Source of the DNA: Candidatus Poseidoniaceae archaeon
Lineage (GTDB): Archaea; Thermoplasmatota; Poseidoniia; Poseidoniales; Poseidoniaceae
Assembly: GCA_943789275.1 (NCBI GenBank)
Contig: CALSTM010000002.1
Coordinates: forward strand, 150,001-182,000
Direction of reading: 5' to 3'
DNA: 32,000 bases
Shown: piece by piece, positions 25,504 to 32,000 of the stretch
Numbering within the stretch: the stretch's first letter is position 1
How the letters are laid out: every line of letters begins with the position of its first letter
Notes under the pieces: generated by a model
The model's database searches: none
What the model was told of the DNA's origin: nothing
What the model saw: the letters and a program-made list of their open reading frames with translations, nothing else
Made by a program: the position numbers and the translations under genes

Positions 25504-26007
25504 ATGGTTTCATTGGAGTCGAGGAGCGAGGTTCAAGTAGCCTCGGCTCTTGAACGGTACATGGCCGCTAAGAAAAAGCAGAAAATCTCGCTCCCTGACT
25601 GGGCAACACCCCTTTGGGAAGACATGGGCTCTCCAGACCTTACGAAATTTGAAGATGTCCATAACGGCGACTTACTTGAGCGAAGACACGGTCTTCGCCG
25701 TGATGATTTAGTCGAGATTCTACTTGATTCACGTTCGACACCATCCGATGGTGAATCGTGGATGAGAGGTCGACTGCTTGCCTCAGGGAAATCCAACATT
25801 GAACTGCTCACCGATGATGGGAGAACTGTATTTCTTGCACGGGACATTATCGCACAGATTGTTTTAATCGCCCACACACGCCCAGCATACATCGACGACA
25901 AAGCTCTTCTTGCGTTTGAAAGAGCCGATATGAAGCGACGCTCGAAACTCCACGAAAAGGTGGAGAAAGAAAGCCAAGGCAGCGATGACGCTCATCTTTG
26001 GGGATGA
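25504..26007 (+). CDS. hypothetical protein (start uncertain: ATG 25504 or 25561)
   Basis: The ORF-track start at 25408 would overlap the divergent NOG1 start, so I prefer the first non-overlapping ATG. A possible Sm-like stretch is GRLLASGKSNIELLTDDGRTVFLARDIIAQIVLI. Confidence 0.5.
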   Translation: MVSLESRSEVQVASALERYMAAKKKQKISLPDWATPLWEDMGSPDLTKFEDVHNGDLLERRHGLRRDDLVEILLDSRSTPSDGESWMRGRLLASGKSNIELLTDDGRTVFLARDIIAQIVLIAHTRPAYIDDKALLAFERADMKRRSKLHEKVEKESQGSDDAHLWG

Positions 26008-26260
26008 GATCTTGGAAGCCCCCAAAGGCTGGGAACTGATTGAAGGCCGGCTTATGGCTGAGTACAAATTCCTTGACTTTGCATCTGCAAAACAATTTGT
26101 CGACGCAGTATCTGAACTGTCCGAGAATGAAAACCATCACCCAGAGATTCACTTTGGATGGGGGTATGTCGTCATCGAACTGTTCACCCACGACCAAGAA
26201 AAAGTCACTGAACTTGACTATCAACTTGCCGAGAAAATCTCATTTCTCAAACCGGAGTGA
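25985..26260 (+). CDS. phhB: pterin-4-alpha-carbinolamine dehydratase
   Basis: The PCD/DCoH signature is W....L...F.F.DF..A..F...V....E...HHP.....W..V...L.TH, seen here as ENENHHPEIHFGWGYVVIELFTHD. Confidence 0.85.
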   Translation: MTLIFGDEILEAPKGWELIEGRLMAEYKFLDFASAKQFVDAVSELSENENHHPEIHFGWGYVVIELFTHDQEKVTELDYQLAEKISFLKPE

Positions 26261-26607
26261 GCACTGTGCCCAACGACCCGAAAGGACGAACAGAGCCAGG
26301 CTATCAACGGCACGTGTTTGTGTGCGGACATGAACGACCTGAAGGTGCATCAAGACCGTCTTGCTCAAACCGTGGAAGTCTTGACCTCATGCGCATGTTG
26401 AAAATGTCTGCGAAAAAGGCTGGAATCAAAAATGTTCGAGTACAGAAATCTGGATGTCTCGACTTCTGTGAATTCGGAACGACTTGTGTGGTTTACCCCG
26501 AAGGAGTATGGTACTCCCTTCCTGATGAACAATCAATTGAAGATGTTCTTGAACACCTCAAAACGGGTAAAGTCGCCAGGCATCTCATGCTTGATTTAAC
26601 CCAATGA
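26257..26607 (+). CDS. thioredoxin-like [2Fe-2S] ferredoxin domain protein
   Basis: The Cys pattern is VCGHERPEGASRPSC ... GCLDFC (C-x12-C ... C-x3-C). GTG 26257 overlaps the PCD stop (GTGA). GTG 26266 is an alternative start with GGAGTGA upstream. Confidence 0.8.
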   Translation: MSTVPNDPKGRTEPGYQRHVFVCGHERPEGASRPSCSNRGSLDLMRMLKMSAKKAGIKNVRVQKSGCLDFCEFGTTCVVYPEGVWYSLPDEQSIEDVLEHLKTGKVARHLMLDLTQ

Positions 26608-26608
26608 A

Positions 26609-27019
26609 TCAGAGTTTGACCGGCCGTGTTGCGCCGCATGCTTGACACTTGAGCAGAGTGGTTCGGTCTTGCTTGATGAAGTGCGTATCAGGCGCAGAGC
26701 ATTGACTGCACTTGATGAATGAATTGACGTAGTTGACAATCGTCTTCTTAATCCTCTTCGGAGGAATCCGTCCCTTAAACCGTGCACGAGGTCCGTCCCT
26801 GGAGCCAGATGTTCCAAGTTCATTCAACAGGTATTGATAGACGTGATTGTCGTCTCGCTCCATCATTGAGACGACTTCATTGAAGTTTCGAAAAATAGTG
26901 TTTTGACCCTCAATCATGATTTGAGGTTCAGGCAAGCGCCATCTCGAACGTGAAGAGATTTCTTGAGGAATGTTTTCCCGTGCCCGGTCGAGCAGGGACT
27001 CGTAATCAAAGTCGCTCAT
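26609..27019 (-). CDS. eif2b: translation initiation factor aIF-2 beta subunit
   Basis: YESLLDRA, the central domain, and a C-terminal zinc ribbon CSQCSAPDT...CQACGA. ATG 27019 gives ~136 aa. The TTG 27094 extension is not homologous. Confidence 0.9.
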   Translation of the reverse strand: MSDFDYESLLDRARENIPQEISSRSRWRLPEPQIMIEGQNTIFRNFNEVVSMMERDDNHVYQYLLNELGTSGSRDGPRARFKGRIPPKRIKKTIVNYVNSFIKCSQCSAPDTHFIKQDRTTLLKCQACGATRPVKL

Positions 27020-27134
27020 GGTGTTGCCCTGTATCGCTCTTTCTTGAAGCCTTTGGAGAGGTTCATCCGGTTCTTCGACATACGAGAGAGACAAAGGGTT
27101 GATGAGTTAGTGGCCTTACCCACGTTTGAGAACA

Positions 27135-27719
27135 ATGGTATCGAGTATTGAAGAATTACGTGCCCAAGCGTTTGGACTGAGGAAAGAAGGCTTGAATTCC
27201 CAACAAATTGCGGACGAACTCTCCCTTTCGCAAGACACTATTTCTTGGTTGCTTGCTGGTGGCGAATCAAAAGACAGACCTACTGATGTCCGAATCGGAT
27301 GGCGCAGCATCGGCGTTCGACCTGAACGCATTGCAGCAATTGGCACAATCATGGCAGATGTGGCTGACGAGGAACTCGGCCTCAGTGACATCGATACCAT
27401 CGTCGGAATTTCCATCAACGGAATCAGCTTTGCGCACGAAGTAGCCCGTTGTTTAGGCTCAGAATACACCATTTATCGCAATGTCGATGGAGACGATGGC
27501 CATGGTGTTCTTTCCAACAAATATGGACAAGTCGCTGGAAAGAAAGTCGTCATCGTTGACGATGTACTCTCCACTGGAACGACAATGGGCCGCACAATTG
27601 ATTCCATTCGTGCCGCCGGTGGAGAAGTCGGACTCGCCATCGTATTGGTCAATAAATCAACTCGAAATGAAATCAACGGTGTTCCGCTGCGTGGAATCAT
27701 TCGTGCCGTCCCCGTTTGA
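27135..27719 (+). CDS. PyrE-like / GfcR-family protein (HTH + phosphoribosyltransferase domain)
   Basis: The N-terminal HTH is GLNSQQIADELSLSQDTISWLL and the PRTase PRPP loop is KKVVIVDDVLSTGTTM. Divergent from aIF-2 beta. Confidence 0.85.
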   Translation: MVSSIEELRAQAFGLRKEGLNSQQIADELSLSQDTISWLLAGGESKDRPTDVRIGWRSIGVRPERIAAIGTIMADVADEELGLSDIDTIVGISINGISFAHEVARCLGSEYTIYRNVDGDDGHGVLSNKYGQVAGKKVVIVDDVLSTGTTMGRTIDSIRAAGGEVGLAIVLVNKSTRNEINGVPLRGIIRAVPV

Positions 27720-27728
27720 GGTGAGAGT

Positions 27729-29336
27729 ATGCACTGGGCAGATGTTGCAGCGCAGTCTCTCTCCCACAAAGGAAAGAAGCATATTGTATCCACTGGAATA
27801 ACGCCAAGTGGTGAATTCCACATAGGTCACCTGCGTGAAATCCTTACCGGAGACATGATCGCTCGAGCAGCTCGAAATGCAGACCTCGATGTTGATTTCG
27901 TTTTCATTATTGATAGTGCTGATCCGCTTCGGAAAGTCTATGATTTCCTTGGATCTGACTACGAACAATTTGTTGGAAACCAACTCGGCGCAATTCCTGC
28001 CCCGAAAGAGGATGGAAGTCCAGACTGGGAACGTTTTGAGAACGAAAATTGGACGTATGCAAACCATTTCCTTGAACCGTTTTTGAAAGCGCTCAATGAA
28101 ATTGGTGTGAATCCTCGGCTCATCGACAATCTGGAATCCTATAGAAGCGGACGTTTCGCAGAACTTTCCAAGGTCGCATGCGATAAAGCCGATGAGATAA
28201 GAGAATGTATTGAGCGCATTTCAAGCCGAGAATTACCGGACGATTGGTTTCCATGGAGCCCACTTAATTCGAAGAAAGGATTGGACAAGGTCAAAGTGAC
28301 TGGATACGAATATCCATTGGTACATTGGAAAGATGAATACGGCGAAACGGGTTCCTCGGACATCACCAAAGGTGAAGGGAAACTGCCATGGAGAATTGAT
28401 TGGCCGGCAAAATGGGGATGGATTGGCGTCACGTGTGAGGCTTTTGGAAAAGACCATGGCGCTGCGGGTGGTTCCTACTCGACCGGACGAGAGATTTCCC
28501 AAATACTCGGCCATGAGCCACCTCAACCTCTCGTGTATGAATGGATCAGCCTCAAAGGCCAAGGTGCTATGTCTTCTTCGACTGGAAATACAGTAGGGCC
28601 AATAGAAGCACTCGAATTGGTCCCACCGGAAATTCTCCGATTACTCATTGCGAAATCCAAGCCAAACAAGGCGATTGAATTCGACACAGGCATGGGCCTG
28701 GTGACACTGGCTGACGAATATGAACGTCTAGCTGCTCGAGATTTCGAGAACGAACTCGCCAGTGAAGAACTCAGTCGACGTCAACGCGTTCAGATTGAAG
28801 ATGCTGCCGGAGCCATGCGAATGGCGAGTACGGTATCTGGCCAAGAAGCTCATGCGGCTGCCGTCACATTCAGACACCTCGCACTGTTGGCTCAAACGAA
28901 AAAGAACGATGAAGACGTTTGGTCAAGTCTTCAATCCTCGGGTGCGGTTGACTCGGTCACCTCTCAATTGCAAGACCGATTAAACCGAATGCGCCACTGG
29001 ATTCAATCGAAACATTTCCCCGGAGAAATGAAAATAAACATTCTTGAGCAACCGAACGAGCAAATGCTTCAACGGCTGGATGCCGAGGAGAAGAAGATTT
29101 TAGCGAATATGACGGCTGCTCTGGAAGCATGCGAATGGGAAGCAGCAGCCATAGGCGCAAGTATCCCACAAGCCGCTCGAGACCTTGATCTATCACCTCG
29201 CAGTGCATTCAAAGTAGCATATGCTGCTCTCATGGGAACAGAGAAAGGTCCTCGCCTGGCTCCAATATTGGCGGAAATGGAAAAGGTGGAAATCATTGAG
29301 TTACTCCATTCCTGCCTTCGGTGCATTCCTGAATGA
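27729..29336 (+). CDS. lysK: lysine--tRNA ligase, class I
   Basis: TPSGEFHIGHLRE (HIGH) and GAMSSSTGN (KMSKS-equivalent), with a length typical of archaeal class I LysRS. GAGGTGA lies 4 nt upstream of the ATG. Confidence 0.95.
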   Translation: MHWADVAAQSLSHKGKKHIVSTGITPSGEFHIGHLREILTGDMIARAARNADLDVDFVFIIDSADPLRKVYDFLGSDYEQFVGNQLGAIPAPKEDGSPDWERFENENWTYANHFLEPFLKALNEIGVNPRLIDNLESYRSGRFAELSKVACDKADEIRECIERISSRELPDDWFPWSPLNSKKGLDKVKVTGYEYPLVHWKDEYGETGSSDITKGEGKLPWRIDWPAKWGWIGVTCEAFGKDHGAAGGSYSTGREISQILGHEPPQPLVYEWISLKGQGAMSSSTGNTVGPIEALELVPPEILRLLIAKSKPNKAIEFDTGMGLVTLADEYERLAARDFENELASEELSRRQRVQIEDAAGAMRMASTVSGQEAHAAAVTFRHLALLAQTKKNDEDVWSSLQSSGAVDSVTSQLQDRLNRMRHWIQSKHFPGEMKINILEQPNEQMLQRLDAEEKKILANMTAALEACEWEAAAIGASIPQAARDLDLSPRSAFKVAYAALMGTEKGPRLAPILAEMEKVEIIELLHSCLRCIPE

Positions 29337-29423
29337 TGGAATTGTCCATGAACATGGGATTCGACCTGTTTTAGCCCGTTCCGACCGTCACACTTGAAAA
29401 GTAGTCGGTAACCATTGCTCTTC

Positions 29424-30695
29424 ATGGCGGGAGTCTACTGTCCAACTTGTGAAGCAGGTGTTGAGGCTGCAGCCAAATTCTGCCTCTCATGTGGCCACGA
29501 CCTTACTGGTCAAGGACCAATCACGGCAACAGGTCACGATTTGAACCAATTGAAAGAGGTCATTCGCATACGAGATGACCTCTCAATGGCAGAAAAATTC
29601 GACATGATTGCTAAAATTGAAGATGGTGCAAATCCAATCGTTCTCGGCATTGCCGCACCGGCGGAGGGTGAAGATGTGGACCTGTCCGATGCCTTTGCCA
29701 GCGAAACTCTTCAATCACCGTCAAGTTCCGTATACGCAAACCATGAATGGGGGCAATCACCAGCAGCAAACGCTGCTGTTCGAGCGGTCGTTCAAGGTAC
29801 GAATGGTTGGGAACTTATCCAAGCCGGAAAATTGAACCTGAAGGAGGGAATGTTCCGAGAAGCAATGGACAACGGTATGGAAGCATCAACGCACATCCAC
29901 GATGTAGCAAGCGGTGAGCACGAAGGTATCGATCCAGAAGCAATGCGAGCGATTCCAGTTCTCAAACCTCCAAAGCGTAGTTTTTGCCCGAAATGTGGTT
30001 CTGATATTCACGCCAACACAATGCTGCAATGGCGCAAGTGGAGAGACTCTGCCGGCGAAGTTGTTTCTATGCAATTAGAAGCGTCGATGGAAACATCACT
30101 CATTCAAGTCGCTGCACACTACATCAACGTCATGCAAGCCATGCAAGACGAACGTGATGATGCTCTCGAAAAACTTGCAAAGGGCGACCCTGCTGCTTTG
30201 GAAAGCAAAGTTCGAAGTCAACTGGAAAAGAGTATCCGAAGTGAACTTGAGAAAGAAATTCGTGCTGAACTCGAAGAGGAATTCAAGGGTCGTGGCGCTG
30301 CAAGCAATTCAAAAACAAAGGCAGCAAAATCAACTTCTCAATCAAAGCCAAAGAAAGACACGACCAAGGCCGCTGCCTCAAAGGCCGCCGCCAACACGCA
30401 GAAAAAGAAATCAAGCGGCATGTTTGGCCCAAAGAAAATCAAAAAGACATACGAAGGCGAGCCTGGCGGAAAAGCGGAATGGTTCCTATCCGATGCATTG
30501 GATACCGTCTATGACCCGCATGGAACGGGTAAAGCGGTTAAACCGGCTACAATTCTTGCTCGCTCAGCACAAGGCAACGTTCGTGTTCGAGATGTTGTTC
30601 GAATTTACGATGTTGAGGGTGAAGATGGCATCAGTGAACTCGCTTGGACAAGCCCTCTTACCAAATACATCATCGAAGCATACGACGCTTGCTGA
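29424..30695 (+). CDS. hypothetical protein: N-terminal double zinc ribbon, coiled-coil and Lys/Ala-rich linker, conserved-looking C-terminal domain
   Basis: CPTCEAGVEAAAKFCLSCGHDL and CPKCGSDIH, then SIRSELEKEIRAELEEEFK and a KTKAAKSTSQSKPKKDTTKAAASKAAA stretch. ATG 29424 has TGAAAAGT 21 nt upstream. The ORF-track start at 29415 is a TTG. Confidence 0.6.
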   Translation: MAGVYCPTCEAGVEAAAKFCLSCGHDLTGQGPITATGHDLNQLKEVIRIRDDLSMAEKFDMIAKIEDGANPIVLGIAAPAEGEDVDLSDAFASETLQSPSSSVYANHEWGQSPAANAAVRAVVQGTNGWELIQAGKLNLKEGMFREAMDNGMEASTHIHDVASGEHEGIDPEAMRAIPVLKPPKRSFCPKCGSDIHANTMLQWRKWRDSAGEVVSMQLEASMETSLIQVAAHYINVMQAMQDERDDALEKLAKGDPAALESKVRSQLEKSIRSELEKEIRAELEEEFKGRGAASNSKTKAAKSTSQSKPKKDTTKAAASKAAANTQKKKSSGMFGPKKIKKTYEGEPGGKAEWFLSDALDTVYDPHGTGKAVKPATILARSAQGNVRVRDVVRIYDVEGEDGISELAWTSPLTKYIIEAYDAC

Positions 30696-32000
30696 TCAGT
30701 AGTGGACCGTCAATCTACGAGGCTCGAGAGGCCCACTTAACCGTGCTTTACTCGCAGCCACTTCCATTTTAGCGCCACGCAGTGTCGTGACAAAAGGAAT
30801 GTTCAATTCAACGGCGAGACGACGCATCATGTTACCATCTCGAACCGCACCACCAGAAACAGTAGGCACATTCACGATAAACGAAACTTCCCCTTTATGC
30901 ATCAAGTCAAGTGCATCCGGATGATTCTTGTCTGCGATTCTATAGGCAACACTCACTGGAACTCCTGCATCTCGAAGTGCATCACATGTACCTGGTGTAG
31001 CAAACAAGTTGAACCCGAGTTCGACCAACTCTTGAGCAATTGGAATCAGGCCCTCCTTGTCTTCATTTCGAACGGTAAGGTAGGCGCCTCCAGATGTAGC
31101 CACAGGCACTTCAGTAGCAAGTCGAGCCTTGAGGTAGGCTTTGTCTGCAGTGACATCAGAACCGTAGACTTCTCCAGTCGATTTCATTTCTGGCCCGGGG
31201 GCTGGGTCGAGTCCTCGAAGTTTGATGAATGGGAAAACGGGGGCTTTCACGCAAATTTGGCCGGAAGTTCTTCGAGGAATCTCTTGCTCTGAAAGGGGAA
31301 TCCCAATGGTAATGTTCGCTGCAATCCTTGCCATCGGCAGTCCTGTTGCCTTCGCTACGAACGGCACAGTCCGAGAGGAGCGCGGGTTGACTTCAAGCAC
31401 ATACAAATCATCCCCTTGTAATGCAAACTGAATGTTGTAACAACCCTTGATCTTGAGACCTAAGCCAATAATTTTCGTCTGCTCAGCAATCTTAGCCAAC
31501 ATTGATTCGGAGATGTTTTGCGCAGGAATAAAACAAGTCGAGTCACCGGAGTGAATTCCAGCCTCTTCGAGATGTTCCATAATGGCACCAACCAGAACAT
31601 CGGTGCCATCGCAAGCTGCGTCCACGTCAATTTCTGTAGCATGACCAAGGTAATCGTCGACCAAGAGGGGTTTGTCAGGAGCCAGATAGGCTTCTTCAAG
31701 ATAGGCGTTCAACTGTTGCTCGTTGGAAAGAATCTCCATACCCCGTCCACCAAGAACATACGATGGTCGTATCAAGACTGGAAAGCCGATGTCCATTGCA
31801 GCATTACGGATATCTTCAGCACTGGTACCTGTTGTTCCGTTGGGCATTCGTAATCCTGAACGCTTAGCAAAGGCCTCAAATCGCTCACGATCGCTTGCTT
31901 CATCCACAGCGTCGCACGAAGTACCCATAATGGAAAGGTCGAGACCCATCGGTTTGAGGAGCGGTAAACGCTCACTCAACGGCAGTGCAAGATTGATGGC
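30696..32000 (-). CDS. carB: carbamoyl-phosphate synthase large subunit, C-terminal half; 5' end lies outside the window
   Basis: The frame stays open to base 32000. A second ATP-grasp domain (VLIRPSYVLGGRGM, LEVNPRSSRTVPF) and a C-terminal MGS-like allosteric domain are present. Confidence 0.9.
   Translation of the reverse strand, partial: AINLALPLSERLPLLKPMGLDLSIMGTSCDAVDEASDRERFEAFAKRSGLRMPNGTTGTSAEDIRNAAMDIGFPVLIRPSYVLGGRGMEILSNEQQLNAYLEEAYLAPDKPLLVDDYLGHATEIDVDAACDGTDVLVGAIMEHLEEAGIHSGDSTCFIPAQNISESMLAKIAEQTKIIGLGLKIKGCYNIQFALQGDDLYVLEVNPRSSRTVPFVAKATGLPMARIAANITIGIPLSEQEIPRRTSGQICVKAPVFPFIKLRGLDPAPGPEMKSTGEVYGSDVTADKAYLKARLATEVPVATSGGAYLTVRNEDKEGLIPIAQELVELGFNLFATPGTCDALRDAGVPVSVAYRIADKNHPDALDLMHKGEVSFIVNVPTVSGGAVRDGNMMRRLAVELNIPFVTTLRGAKMEVAASKARLSGPLEPRRLTVHY

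Noticed and set aside
25527-25555. Two mutually exclusive small hairpins (CGAGG/CCTCG and GTTCAAG/CTTGAAC) that could act as an attenuator.
   Set aside because: They probably lie inside coding sequence if ATG 25504 is used. The 5-7 bp stems are within chance expectation.
30154-30702. 182-aa Lys/Arg-rich alternative-frame ORF inside the 29424-30695 gene. Numerous 60-150-aa antisense or out-of-frame ORFs inside nrdA, argS, carB, the M28 peptidase and other genes were considered as well.
   Set aside because: These are shadow ORFs nested in genes with strong homology-type motifs in another frame. None has independent start signals or recognisable domains.

Overview
This 32 kb window looks like a compact archaeal chromosome segment. 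By inference it comes from a marine euryarchaeote (Thermoplasmatota or Poseidoniales-like). The archaeal hallmarks are aRF1, aIF-2 beta, class I LysRS, archaeal-type UMP kinase, a NOG1-type GTPase and a GfcR/PyrE-like regulator. Most of the window is housekeeping: the lpd 3' end, a eukaryote-like class Ia RNR operon nrdB-nrdA, csp-cutA, dut, lipB, ubiX, an M28 peptidase, parvulin, folB, pyrH, aRF1, argS, PCD, a 2Fe-2S ferredoxin, lysK and the carB 3' half. Gene packing is tight: three convergent pairs have stop codons abutting or 1-2 nt apart, and a fourth pair overlaps by 9 nt. First genes usually carry an A/T-rich octamer about 21 nt upstream of the start codon, which suggests leaderless mRNAs. 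Internal operon genes instead carry GGAGG/GAGGTGA Shine-Dalgarno motifs. The accessory part lies at about 8.6-15.2 kb. (1) An AT-rich island of about 3.5 kb (8896-12437) is bounded by 40-bp direct repeats (38/40 identical) embedded in hairpin-forming elements. It carries three unannotatable genes. One has three tandem PemK/MazF-like SH3-fold repeats. A His-rich helical protein is translationally coupled (ATGAGTAA overlap) to a protein combining a CCHC zinc knuckle, an I-TevI-like GIY-YIG nuclease core and an AKKSP-repeat basic tail. This is my best candidate for an undescribed mobile, addiction or defence module. (2) Next to it is a DUF1996 membrane-anchored protein. (3) An acidic lipobox protein gene is bracketed by a 32-nt inverted repeat (31/32 matches, 25 nt perfect). 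I found no rRNA, tRNA or CRISPR array. All functional calls come from reading motifs in the supplied translations; no database search was possible.
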